Below are positions 38,115 to 48,600 of a stretch of 64,000 bases of DNA, piece by piece (the stretch's first letter is position 1; every line of letters starts with the position of its first letter). Below the pieces are notes generated by a model. That model searched no databases. It was not told the origin of the DNA and saw only the letters and a list, made by a program, of their open reading frames with translations. Position numbers and translations under genes: made by a program. The DNA is from an uncultured delta proteobacterium (GTDB taxonomy: Bacteria; Myxococcota_A; Polyangia; Polyangiales; Polyangiaceae). Location: assembly GCA_963806225.1 (NCBI GenBank), contig CAWDXG010000002.1, positions 18,210 through 82,209 of the forward strand, given 5' to 3'.

Positions 38115-38286
38115 CCTGGCCGGACAGCGGCGCTTCGCGCCGCTTCCCATCGATCTATACATACCGTGCGTGTCGACCCCGCTCCGCACAGGTTTCAACT
38201 GTGTAACATCCATTCGCGCAGCGAGCACGCCACGCCCCGTGCAAGCGCGCAGATTGCTCGCGCTTCCCGGCGCTTGACGCGGTGCA

Positions 38287-40263
38287 TTACCGCTCGGGAT
38301 CGCCCGGCCGGCCCCGGCGCCGGAGCGCCAGACCCAGCAATCCAACCAGAGCGAGCAGCCCCGCGAGCGCGCCGCCCTGCGCGGGCGCGGTGCGACAGCC
38401 GCAACCGCCCGTCTGGCCGGACGTGGCCGAGCCCCGTGACGGCCCGCCGTCGACTCCGCCGTCCACGCCGTTACCCCCGTCCGACGTGCTGCCGCCGTCG
38501 CTCTTCACGCAACTGCCCGCGACGCACACCTCGCCCCCCTGGCAGAAGACGTTCGCGCACGGGTCACCGGTGCACTTGCCCGTCTTCGGGTCGCAGCTCT
38601 GCCCGGTGGGGCAGCTGACCCCGTCGCACAGGCTCACGCATCCGCCCTTCGCCTCGATGCAGGTCTGGCCGGGCGGGCAGGTCACGCCGTCGCACAGCCC
38701 GACGCAGTTGCCCTGGTCATTGCAGTGCTCGCCCGCCGCGCAGGTCTTGTTCAGACACGCTTGCGGCACGCACTGATCGGTGTTGCCGCGGTCGCACACC
38801 CAGCCCGATGTCGTGCAGCCCACGTCGCCGCTGAAGCAGCTGCACGGCGGGACGCACTTGCCCGCCACACAGTCCTGCGACGAGGGACACTGCGTCGTCT
38901 GGCAAGGGTCGATGCATTTTCCGTCCTGGCAGACCTGGCCCCACGGGCAGGTCACGCCGTCGCAGGCGGGCTTGCAGGTCTTGCTCACGGGATCGCACAC
39001 GCTTCCGGGCGGACAGCCGCCGGTACTGCAGTCGTTCGGGATGCACAAAGACCCTTGATCAGTGGACTGGCAGCTGGAACCGCTGGGGCAGGAGAACTCG
39101 CCGCTGCCGCAGCCCTTCACGCACACGCTCGCGTTGCAGAACTCGCCGGCCGGGCACGAGCCCGGCACGCCGTCGCAGTTCTTGTCCGCGTCGTCGCACG
39201 CCTCCGGCGCGCCGGGGTGCACGGAGGGATCGTTGTCGTTGCAGTCGCAGATCTTCGGCGCCTCGGCGCAGTTGCAGTCGACGTAGTTGTCGCCGTCCTT
39301 GTCGGGGCACACGCCCGTGCCCTCCTCGGTCAGGCCGGCGACGGCATCGAGCTCGGCCTCGTTGGAGTCGTAGCCGCACTCGGGAAAGTCCTGCCCGTCG
39401 TAGCCCGCGACAATCGCCGCGTAGCGGAACGTGATGCCGCACGGCAGCGCGAACACCTGCGCGAACGAATCCTGCTCCACGGCGTAGTTGGCCGTATCGC
39501 CGCAGCTGGCGTGCCCGGTCGGGTCGGGGGCGCGCGTGTTGTACCAGCCGTCGGTGTAGATCTTCTCGAGCACCGCGCGGTTCCACTTCTGCGGGTCCGC
39601 TCCGACGGTGGTCGGCTTCTGGATGATGTCCTGCGAGAGCGGGTTGTCGGTCAGGTAGACCGTGTACTCGATCGACTCGCAGGGCTGTGGCTCGTGGTCG
39701 TTGGTCGCGAAGATCGCCACTCGGTTGGACGGGCCTCCGAGGTCGAAGACCATGCCTTCCCACGGCAGGTAGTTGCCACCCTGCCCGTTGGCGACGCAGG
39801 TGAAGACGGGGCAACCGTTGGCGTCCAGCGTGTGGGTGGAGGAGCGGCAGGGATGCCACCACAGGTGATCGAGCCCGGCGACGTACTGCGCCGCTGTCGC
39901 GAAATCGTTGGGCGTCGTGTCGCACGTGTACTGCTTGGGGCAGTCGTAGGGCGCCGTGTCGCGCCCGGCGCAGCCCGCGAAGCTCTCCGGACAGGCGTTG
40001 CCCGAGCTGTCCTTCCAGTTCGGATACAGCTTGCCGAACAGCGGCAGGTTGGGTCCGGTCGTGCCGTTCGCGTCCTTGAAGATGTCGTTGACGACGCCGC
40101 CCGCGGTCTGGATGGCGTTGATGCATTTCTGCATGCTGGTCGGCGAGCCCGTTGGGTCCGAGTCGCAGGTGCCGGTCTGCGCGCGCGCCTGCCCGGCGGT
40201 CGCCACGACGGCCAGGGCGGTCACCAGAGCCATCAGTCCCGATCGTGAAAAGAGCGTCGTCAT
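38287..40263 (-). CDS. Cys-rich surface protein with MYXO-CTERM sorting tail
   Basis: The gene starts at ATG 40263, and the signal peptide is LMALVTALAVVATAGQARA. A MopE-like metal-binding motif (CDCNDNDPSVHPGAPEACDDADKNCDG) is followed by about 9 C-x-x-G-x-x-C modules. The C-terminus is GGCGCRTAPAQGGALAGLLALVGLLGLALRRRG. Confidence 0.85.
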   Translation of the reverse strand: MTTLFSRSGLMALVTALAVVATAGQARAQTGTCDSDPTGSPTSMQKCINAIQTAGGVVNDIFKDANGTTGPNLPLFGKLYPNWKDSSGNACPESFAGCAGRDTAPYDCPKQYTCDTTPNDFATAAQYVAGLDHLWWHPCRSSTHTLDANGCPVFTCVANGQGGNYLPWEGMVFDLGGPSNRVAIFATNDHEPQPCESIEYTVYLTDNPLSQDIIQKPTTVGADPQKWNRAVLEKIYTDGWYNTRAPDPTGHASCGDTANYAVEQDSFAQVFALPCGITFRYAAIVAGYDGQDFPECGYDSNEAELDAVAGLTEEGTGVCPDKDGDNYVDCNCAEAPKICDCNDNDPSVHPGAPEACDDADKNCDGVPGSCPAGEFCNASVCVKGCGSGEFSCPSGSSCQSTDQGSLCIPNDCSTGGCPPGSVCDPVSKTCKPACDGVTCPWGQVCQDGKCIDPCQTTQCPSSQDCVAGKCVPPCSCFSGDVGCTTSGWVCDRGNTDQCVPQACLNKTCAAGEHCNDQGNCVGLCDGVTCPPGQTCIEAKGGCVSLCDGVSCPTGQSCDPKTGKCTGDPCANVFCQGGEVCVAGSCVKSDGGSTSDGGNGVDGGVDGGPSRGSATSGQTGGCGCRTAPAQGGALAGLLALVGLLGLALRRRGRPGDPER

Positions 40264-40379
40264 CAAGGATCTCCCGCTCCAGGATAGCATCCGCGCCCCT
40301 TCTACGTCGCGTACGGATCCGTGCCGCAGCGCGGCATGCTGGCTTTACTCCGTCCTCGAAACGCGGCTAGCTGTGCGCG

Positions 40380-41255
<876 letters not shown>

Positions 41256-41302
41256 CCGGGCTAGGACTTGGCGCGACGGCGCCACGCGCCGCTGAAGCCA
41301 CC

Positions 41303-41917
41303 ATGCGAGCCGATCCCCTCACAGCGTCCCACGGCACCCGGCGCCAGCGCCGCCAACCGTCGTTCCGTATGTCCACCGGGCAGATGGGGCTGATCGTGCT
41401 GCTCATCTCGCTGAGCGTCCTGTTCGCGGCCACGCTGCTCGTCTACATCTTCACCCGCTACGAGAACAACGTCTGGCGCACCGACCAGGTGCCGGGGCTC
41501 CCGATCGGCCTGTTCGCCAGCACCACGATGATCCTGTGCGTGAGCGCCTCGCTGCACCGCGCGATGAAGGCCATCCGCGCAAACCAGCTGGAGCGCCTCG
41601 AGCACTCGCTGATGCTGACGCTGCTGTTCGCCGTCGGCTTTCTGGGCGGGCAGACCTTCAACTGGATCCACATGAGCGGCGCCCAGCTTCGACCCAACGG
41701 CGAGACGCTCTACATCATGACGTTCTTCCTGCTCACTGGACTCCACGCGGTGCACGTCCTGGGCGGCTTCATCCCGCTGTCCATCGTGACAGTCCGCGCC
41801 CGGCGCCGCGAGTACTCGAGCTCCCACTGCGAAGGCATCAAGCTCTGCGCCCAGTACTGGCACTTCCTCGCGATCGTGTGGCTCGTCATGCTGACGACCA
41901 TGTTCGTCGTGACGTAG
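41303..41917 (+). CDS. Heme-copper oxidase subunit III family protein
   Basis: The product is a five-TM protein ending in YWHFLAIVWLVML, the subunit III signature. The alternative start is ATG 41369. Confidence 0.65.
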   Translation: MRADPLTASHGTRRQRRQPSFRMSTGQMGLIVLLISLSVLFAATLLVYIFTRYENNVWRTDQVPGLPIGLFASTTMILCVSASLHRAMKAIRANQLERLEHSLMLTLLFAVGFLGGQTFNWIHMSGAQLRPNGETLYIMTFFLLTGLHAVHVLGGFIPLSIVTVRARRREYSSSHCEGIKLCAQYWHFLAIVWLVMLTTMFVVT

Positions 41918-41981
41918 CCACTCGCGAAGCGGCGCGCGTGGCGTCGCGGTGCGCACAGCGGCCGCCACGCGCACCGCGGCT

Positions 41982-42623
41982 CTAGCTCTGCGGCGCTTCC
42001 ACGTCGAAGGCGACGTGCGCGAGCTCGGTGCCGTCGGCGGCGCGCACCAGCGCGGTCCACTCGCCGCCCTGGTCGACCATGCGGGTGCGTCCCCAGGTGC
42101 GCCAGCGCGAGCTGTGCGCAGGGACCTTCAGCTTGATGTGGCCCACCGGCTCGTCGCTCGAGTGCTGGAAGTCGACGGTGATGACCTTGTCGCTGTCGCT
42201 CGTGTTGCCGAGCTCGACGAACGCGAACACGGGCCCTTTGCCGGCGACGAGCTGATCCGTGTCGAGCGGCTCGCGGTGCTTCACGCCGCGCGTGACGACC
42301 AGCCGCTTGACCTGGAGCCCCGCCGCCGACGGGTCGCTCGCCGACGGCGCGTCCGCATGCGGCGCGGGATCGGCGGGCTCGGCCGGTGCGACGTCCGCGT
42401 GCACCGCTCCGGCCGGGGTCACCGCGGGTGCTGCCGCGTGCTGGGCGGGCCGTGCGCCCTGCGTACTCTTCGCCGCCGCGTGCACCGCGGCCGGCTGCTG
42501 TCGGCTCGCACCTGTCGGGGCGCGCCCCTGGCAGCCCGCGGACCAGAGCGAGAACCCCAGCGCGAAGCAGGAAACAGCGAGGGCGGAAGTGGCGGTCCAG
42601 CGGATGCGGCGATCGGTGCTCAT
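41982..42623 (-). CDS. DUF2914-like membrane-anchored protein
   Basis: The gene starts at ATG 42623, preceded by GAGGAGAAG, and has one TM segment. The C-terminal pattern is V..REP....F....VFAFVE........I.V.F.H........I.L.V....RWRTW......GEW.A.V....G..L....F.V. Confidence 0.6.
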   Translation of the reverse strand: MSTDRRIRWTATSALAVSCFALGFSLWSAGCQGRAPTGASRQQPAAVHAAAKSTQGARPAQHAAAPAVTPAGAVHADVAPAEPADPAPHADAPSASDPSAAGLQVKRLVVTRGVKHREPLDTDQLVAGKGPVFAFVELGNTSDSDKVITVDFQHSSDEPVGHIKLKVPAHSSRWRTWGRTRMVDQGGEWTALVRAADGTELAHVAFDVEAPQS

Positions 42624-42666
42624 GGGTCTTCTCCTCTGCCGGGGTTGCGTCCGGCAGACACCCCTC

Positions 42667-42683
42667 CAGCAAGCCCCAGGCCA
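42667..42683 (-). promoter_or_regulatory. Sigma54-type -24/-12 promoter
   Basis: The minus strand reads TGGCCTggggcTTGCTG, with GG and TTGC in exact register. The GC lies 46 nt upstream of ATG 42623. Confidence 0.65.
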
Positions 42684-42813
42684 AGCCGATCCCGCAAGAA
42701 ACCCACGTGATCGCTTATCGAAGCGTGGGGCTGGACCCACGAGCGTGTGTCGCGGGGAACGCGGCGCCGACCGCCCCTTCCTATTCCCGCGCTCCTCCGT
42801 CATCCTCCCGCCC

Positions 42814-43038
42814 ATGCCCGTCCGCACCTACTACTGGGACTTCTTCGGTCCGCGCGCGCAGCCGACGGCCGAGCACTTCGTGGAGCACCTTCTGGGCTTC
42901 CTTCAGGAAAATGGCCTGGAAGGCTGCGAGACGGGAATGAAGTCCGAAGGGGCCGGACACGCGGCCGCATTCTGCGTGACGCCAGAGCAACACCAGGGCC
43001 CGATCGAGAGCGCGCTCAAGCCGCGGCGCTCGACCTGA
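42814..43038 (+). CDS. Small hypothetical protein (74 aa)
   Basis: The gene starts at ATG 42814 and encodes MPVRTYYWDFFGPRAQPTAEHFVEHLLGFLQENGLEG.., a globular-looking composition. I recognised no family. Confidence 0.5.
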   Translation: MPVRTYYWDFFGPRAQPTAEHFVEHLLGFLQENGLEGCETGMKSEGAGHAAAFCVTPEQHQGPIESALKPRRST

Positions 43039-43092
43039 CGTGCAGCCCGATCAGCAGCCGCACGCCCCCAGCTTTGTGACATTTCGCTACAC

Positions 43093-43491
43093 TTATGTGG
43101 CAAAATGCGACGTATTGGAGCGCGCCAGGTGCACCAGCGCGGCCGTGACGGCGATGGCGAGCTCGGCGAGCGGCTCTGCGCCGGGCTCCTCGAACACCAG
43201 GTAGTCACGGGCGATCACGTCGTAGCGGGGACGGAAGCGCAGCCGGCGTAGCGCCCTGCCCCCGCCCAGATCGAGCGCGGGGCCGTCGGCGCTCACGTCC
43301 TCGGCGAGCGGGCGTCCGTAGCGATGCATGACGCGCTCCAGCGAGCCGTCGGGCAGAGGCATCGCCGGACCGCTGTCGATACGCACGCTGAGCGCGCCCT
43401 GCTCGCGCACCAGATGTGTGCGCTCGAGCCCGCCGTCGTCGCGATGGCGCGTGAGCAGCTCGAGGCCGTCCCTTGCAGATGGCCCGCCCAT
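43093..43491 (-). CDS. Hypothetical protein (132 aa) translationally coupled to htpG
   Basis: ATG 43491 overlaps the htpG stop (TGATG). Only the last 132 codons of the 534-aa ORF look protein-like; the remainder is antisense shadow within htpG. Confidence 0.55.
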   Translation of the reverse strand: MGGPSARDGLELLTRHRDDGGLERTHLVREQGALSVRIDSGPAMPLPDGSLERVMHRYGRPLAEDVSADGPALDLGGGRALRRLRFRPRYDVIARDYLVFEEPGAEPLAELAIAVTAALVHLARSNTSHFAT

Positions 43492-45410
43492 CACTTCGCC
43501 CCGGCACTGATCGCCGCCGCGCTGGCCGCGGAAGTGAGCAGATCGGCGAGCCGCCGGGCGAACTCCTCGGGCGCGTCGATGGGGCTGCCCTCGGCGAGCA
43601 GCGCCTGGTCGTAGAGCATCTCGATCCATTCGTCGACGCGCCTGGGCGGTGTGTCCTGCTCGGCGAGCGTGCGCAGGCTCTTCAGAAGCGGGTGATCGAG
43701 GTTCAGCTCGAGGATGCGCTTGGCGGACGGCAGCTCGACCTGCTGCGCCCGCAGCATGCGCTCGATGTGCGGCTCGAGCGCGCCCTCGGGCTGCACGAGA
43801 CACGCGGGCGAGTCGGTGAGCCGCTCGGAGGCGCGCACCTCGGCGACGCGATCGCCGAGCACGGTCTTGAAGCGCTCGAAGAGCGAGCCGGCTTCCTTCG
43901 CCTGCTCCTCGACCTTCTTGTGGGTCTCCTCGTCGAGCGGGATATCGGCGTTCATGGCCGAGACGAGCGGCTTTTCCTGGTAGCTGCCGAGCCCGGAGAC
44001 GGCGAAGGGATCGACCGTGTCGGTCATGTACAGGACCTCGTAGCCGCGCTTCTCCAGCGCCTCGAGGTGCGGGCTCCGCGCAAGCCCTTCGCGGTCTGTG
44101 CCGGCCGCGTAGTAGATGGCCGTCTGCCCCTCGGCCATGCGCTCCACGTAGGCGTCGAGCGAGTTGAGCCCGCTCTCCTTCGTGCTTGGATAGCGCAGGA
44201 GCTTCGCGATGCGCTCCTTGTACTCGGGGTCGAAGTGCAGCCCTTCCTTGAGCACAGCACCGAAGCTCTCCCAGAACTTCGCGTAGTCTTCGGGATGATC
44301 CTTCGCCAGCTCGTCCAGCAGATCGAGCGTCTGGATCACGACCTGCTTTTTCATGATGCGGATGGCGCGCGAGTCCTGCAGGAGCTCGCGCGAGACATTG
44401 AGCGGCAGGTCCTCGGAGTCGATGACGCCGCGCACGAACCGGAGCCAGCGCGGCACCAGCTCCTCGCAGTTGTCCATCACGAACACGCGGCGGACGTGCA
44501 GGCGCACGCCGTGGCGCGGCTCGGGGCCGAACAGGTCCAGCGGGCGCTGGCGCGGAACGAACAAGAGCCCCGCGAACATCTGCGTGCCCTCGATGTGGAA
44601 GTGCTTCCAGGCGAGCGGTGGCTCCCAGTCGTGGCCGAGGTGCTTGTAGAACTCCTCGTACTGCTCCTTCGTCACGTCCTTCGGCTGCCGCTGCCACAGG
44701 GCGCTGGCCTGGTTGACGGTCTCGAAGACCTTCTCGGTCTTCTTGTCATCGCCCTCCCCGCTCTGCCTCTCGACCTGGAGCTGGATCGGATACGAGACGT
44801 AGTCGGAGTAGCGGCGCACGAGCTCGCGCAGCCGGAAGCTATCAGCCAGCTCGCGCTGCTCGGGCTTGAGGTGCAGGATCACGTCCGTACCGCGCCCCGG
44901 GCGCTCGGCCGGCTCGATGCTGAAGGTGTCGCGCGCCTCGCTCGACCAGCGCGAGGCCTCGCTGACGCCGGCGGCGCGGCTCACGACCTCCACGCGATCG
45001 GCAACCAGATACGCACTGTAGAAGCCGACGCCGAACTGGCCAATCAGCTGCAGGCTCTTGTCGTCCTTGCCCTGCGCCTCTTCCAGCTTCTTGATGAAGT
45101 CGCGCGAGCCGGACCAGGCGATGGTGCCGAGGCTCTGCGCCAGCTCCTCGGCGCTCATGCCGATACCGTTGTCGCTGACGGTGAGCGTGCCCGCCTCCGG
45201 GTCGGGGACGATGCGCACCTCGAGCGTTTCGCCCTCGCCCATCAGCCCGGGCTCCTGGATGGCGCGGAAGCGCAGCTTGTCGAGCGCGTCGGAAGCGTTC
45301 GACACCAGCTCACGCAGGAAGATCTCCTTGTGGCTGTACAGCGAATTGATGACGAGGCGCAGCACCTCGCTCACCTCGGCCTGGAATCGATGCTCGGTCG
45401 CTTCGGTCAT
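43491..45410 (-). CDS. htpG: Molecular chaperone HtpG (Hsp90 family)
   Basis: The sequence [38 protein letters not shown] and [15 protein letters not shown] are present. The product is 639 aa and the N-terminus is colinear with E. coli HtpG. Confidence 0.97.
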
Positions 45411-45424
45411 GGCGGGGCGAGATC

Positions 45425-45441
45425 TAGCTGGTTTCCACCCA
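45425..45441 (-). promoter_or_regulatory. Weaker sigma54-like -24/-12 element upstream of htpG
   Basis: The minus strand reads TGGGTGgaaacCAGCTA. GG and GC are in correct register, but A replaces the conserved T before GC. The GC lies 17 nt from ATG 45410, and there is no SD. Confidence 0.35.
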
Positions 45442-45564
45442 CCCGCCCACCCCCTCCGTAGTGCTCCTCGAGGCGGCTCGCCACCCCTCGAGCAGCCCGA
45501 CGCGCCTCGCTTCGCCCGGCGACGGGCTCGCTATCGCTCGCCGATCCCGGACTGGCGGAAAGGG

Positions 45565-46953
45565 ATGATATCCTGGGCCGCGATGCGCTGGATTTTCCTC
45601 GCTGCGTCGCTGCTTTTCACCGCCTGCGGGGGCCAGCCGGAGGCGGCCACGACGCCCCGGCCGGACACCATCCACGTGGCGGGGGGCTTCATCCGTGACG
45701 CGGACGGGAGGGCGGTCATCCTGCGCGGGGCGAATCTGGCCAACGCGCACAAGCAGTCGCCGTACTTCGGCTTCCAGCAGCCGCCAGACTACGTACGGGT
45801 CAAGCGGCAGTGGGGCATGAACTCGCTGCGCTTCCTGATGAGCTGGGCGGCCATCGAGCCCAAAAAGGGCCAGTACGACGACGGCTATATCGACGAGCTG
45901 GCGAAGCGCATCGGCTGGGCGCGCGACGCGGGCCTGACCGTGGTGCTCGACATGCACCAGGACGTGTATGGCGAGGGCTTCGGCGGCGACGGCGCGCCGC
46001 GCTGGACCTGCGACGAGTCGCACTACGCGGCGTTCACGCCGGCGAGCCAGTGGTTTCTGGACTACCTCGATCCGAACGTGCAGGCGTGCTTCGACCAGCT
46101 CTGGTCGTCCGCGGAGCTCCAGCAACACTACGCCGATGCGTGGAAGCGCGTGGCCGAGCGGCTCGCCGACAACGACGCCGTCATTGGCTTCGACGTGATC
46201 AACGAGCCGCACTGGGGCTCGGCGGTCGCGTCGAGCTTCGGCGGAGACAAGCTCGAGCCCTTCTACGAGAAGATCGTACCGGCAGTGCGCTCCGTCGCGC
46301 CGCACTGGCTAGCCTTCCTCGAGCCGAGCGCGGGACGCAACATCGGCATCTCCACCAGCCTGACGCCCTTCCCCTTTCCCGACGTGGTGTACGCGCCGCA
46401 CTCGTACAACTCCGCGGCCGAGCAGGGCAACGGCTTCGACCCCTCTGCACGCAGCGGGCTCATCGCCAACATCAAGGCGCTTTCCGACGAGGCGCAGGGT
46501 CTCGGCGCGGCGCTCTGGATCGGTGAATACGGCGGCCCCGCGTCGTCGCCCGGCATCACGGCGTACATGGATGCGAACTACGGCGGCATGGCGGCAGTCG
46601 CCGCCGGCAGCGAATACTGGTCGTACGATCGCGACGAGAGCTACGGCATGCTGCACACCGACGGCTCGGAGAAGACCCAGCTGCTCGACGTGCTGGTGCG
46701 GCCGTACCCCGAGCGCGTCGCGGGCGACCCTGTCTCGTACGATTTCGACGACAAGACCGGCACATTCACGCTGACCTGGCACGCCGATTCCAGCATCAAA
46801 GCGCCGACGCTGGTCTCGGTCCCAAAGCGCGCGTACCCGAACGGCTACAGCGTCGAGTGCGGCGGCTGCGACAGCGCGCAGAAACCGGGCGAGCTGGTCG
46901 TGAACAGCGCACCCGCCGCAGATCCGGCGAAGCTGGTGGTCACGCGGAAGTAG
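45565..46953 (+). CDS. GH5-family glycoside hydrolase lipoprotein
   Basis: The lipobox is WIFLAASLLFTAC. The acid/base motif is FDVINEPHWG and the nucleophile motif is WIGEYGG. The start is ATG 45565, with ATG 45583 as the alternative. Confidence 0.85.
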   Translation: MISWAAMRWIFLAASLLFTACGGQPEAATTPRPDTIHVAGGFIRDADGRAVILRGANLANAHKQSPYFGFQQPPDYVRVKRQWGMNSLRFLMSWAAIEPKKGQYDDGYIDELAKRIGWARDAGLTVVLDMHQDVYGEGFGGDGAPRWTCDESHYAAFTPASQWFLDYLDPNVQACFDQLWSSAELQQHYADAWKRVAERLADNDAVIGFDVINEPHWGSAVASSFGGDKLEPFYEKIVPAVRSVAPHWLAFLEPSAGRNIGISTSLTPFPFPDVVYAPHSYNSAAEQGNGFDPSARSGLIANIKALSDEAQGLGAALWIGEYGGPASSPGITAYMDANYGGMAAVAAGSEYWSYDRDESYGMLHTDGSEKTQLLDVLVRPYPERVAGDPVSYDFDDKTGTFTLTWHADSSIKAPTLVSVPKRAYPNGYSVECGGCDSAQKPGELVVNSAPAADPAKLVVTRK

Positions 46954-47550
46954 CTACGGCGCGAGCCGCGTCCACTTCCAGCCGTCCCCGTCACGGCGAT
47001 ACAGGAAGCGGTCGTGCAGGCGGTGGTCCTGGCCGATCCAGAACTCGAAGTTCTCGGGCAGGATGCGGTAGCCGCCCCAGTGCGGCGGGCGCGGCACGTC
47101 GTGTTCCGCGTACTTCTCCGCCATCTCGGCAAAACCGCGTTCCAGCGCGTCGCGGTCGGGCACCTCGCGGCTCTGGGGCGAGGCCCAGGCGCCGAGTTGG
47201 CTCTCGCGCGGCCGGCTCCTGAAGTACTCGTCCGACTCCTCCTCGGGGAGCCGCTCGACGCGCCCGTCGACGCGCACCTGCGCATGCAGCGGCGCCCAGA
47301 AGAAGACGATGGCCGCGCGGGGATTGTCGGCGAGGTCTTCGGCCTTGCGGCTCAGGTAGTTGGTGAAGAAGCGGATGCCGCCTCCGCTCACGCCCTTGTA
47401 CAGCACCATGCGCACCGACGGGCGTCCGTCGTTCGTGGCGGTAGCGAGCGCGATGGCGTCGGCGAAGGCCGTCCCGGCCGAGAGGGCCTCCTCGTACCAG
47501 GCATCCAGGGTCTCGAAGGGGTCGGCGCCCAGCTCCAGCTTGCGGTCCAT
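46954..47550 (-). CDS. pdxH: Pyridoxamine 5'-phosphate oxidase
   Basis: The gene starts at ATG 47550. RPSVRMVLYKG, QVRVDGRVERLPEEESDEYFRSRPRESQLGAWAS and WGGYRI..FEFWIGQ..RLHDR are all present. Confidence 0.93.
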   Translation of the reverse strand: MDRKLELGADPFETLDAWYEEALSAGTAFADAIALATATNDGRPSVRMVLYKGVSGGGIRFFTNYLSRKAEDLADNPRAAIVFFWAPLHAQVRVDGRVERLPEEESDEYFRSRPRESQLGAWASPQSREVPDRDALERGFAEMAEKYAEHDVPRPPHWGGYRILPENFEFWIGQDHRLHDRFLYRRDGDGWKWTRLAP

Positions 47551-47595
47551 GCCGGGCTGGATACCAGCTTGCCGCCCCGCGCGCAGCGACAAGCG

Positions 47596-48600
47596 TCATT
47601 CGGCGGCTTCCGGCTTCGACCGCGGCTCCGCGCGCTCCAGAACGGCGGCGCCGCCGCTGGGCCAGGCGATGGGGTGCGACGGGACGTAGCCGAGCACCTC
47701 CCGCGCGCGGGTGCCATCGAGCACCGCACTGAAGTGGAAGCGACGATGGTTCAGGTCGTAGCGGAACTCCATGCCGAGAGCCGTAGCGCGCACGCGGTAC
47801 AGCGGCGCCAGAAGCGGCCCCGGCACGGCCAGCCCCCGACGGCCCCACTCACGCACCACCTCGGAAAGCGGCAGGGTGTCGGCGCCCGGGATGTTGAACA
47901 CCCCGTCGGCCTCGCTCCGGAGTGCCAGGACCATCGCGTCGACAGCGTCCTCGATGGTCATCAGGTTGAGCATCGGGTTGAAACCGAGCGGGCGGAAGCA
48001 CACCGGCGCCGACAGGTAGTCGTACAGCTGGCTGCCCGAGGCGGGCGCCAGGATCTCGGCGCAGCGCAAGACGATGATGCGCACCGGCGACAGACCCATG
48101 CGCGTACAAACCGTGATGTCCGCTTCGCGGCGATCGCGCACGAACTGGGGCGCGCCCGACGAGAAATCGAGCGGGTGCTCCTCGCTGATCAGCACCGGAC
48201 GCCCCGGGTCGATACGATACACGTCACCGTAGCTGCGGAGCACGAACCGGCGCAGGGTCGGGTGGCGCTCGGCCAGGTACAGAAGCTGGCGCGTCGACTC
48301 GACGTTGAGCGCGCGCACGCGACCGCCTTCGTCGATGGCGCTGCGGTGCAGCGCGGTGTGGAGGACGCTCTCGATGCCGAGCTCGCGCGCGGGACCGAAG
48401 AGGAGCCGCCGCACCTCGCGCGGTCGGGTCAGGTCGGCGCGCTCGTAGACGACACGCCCGGAGCCGTAGCCGGGCAGCGTTGCCGGCTCCGCCTCGGCGC
48501 CCACGGCCAGCACCCGCTCGCAATCCGGATCGTCGAGCAGCGCGCGGAGCAGCGCGTGCCCGATGGGCGTGGTGGCGCCGGTGACCAGCACGCCGCTCAC
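47596..48600 (-). CDS. NAD-dependent epimerase/dehydratase family (SDR) protein
   Basis: GTG 48600 overlaps the upstream stop (GTGA). VLVTGATTPIGHAL is a Rossmann motif. The product is 334 aa. Confidence 0.8.
   Translation of the reverse strand: MSGVLVTGATTPIGHALLRALLDDPDCERVLAVGAEAEPATLPGYGSGRVVYERADLTRPREVRRLLFGPARELGIESVLHTALHRSAIDEGGRVRALNVESTRQLLYLAERHPTLRRFVLRSYGDVYRIDPGRPVLISEEHPLDFSSGAPQFVRDRREADITVCTRMGLSPVRIIVLRCAEILAPASGSQLYDYLSAPVCFRPLGFNPMLNLMTIEDAVDAMVLALRSEADGVFNIPGADTLPLSEVVREWGRRGLAVPGPLLAPLYRVRATALGMEFRYDLNHRRFHFSAVLDGTRAREVLGYVPSHPIAWPSGGAAVLERAEPRSKPEAAE

Noticed and set aside
45466-45492. Two CCTCGAG(G) palindromes 20 bp apart in the htpG/GH5 divergent region, as a possible operator.
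   Set aside because: These are low-information 6-7-mers in GC-rich DNA, and chance occurrence is plausible.
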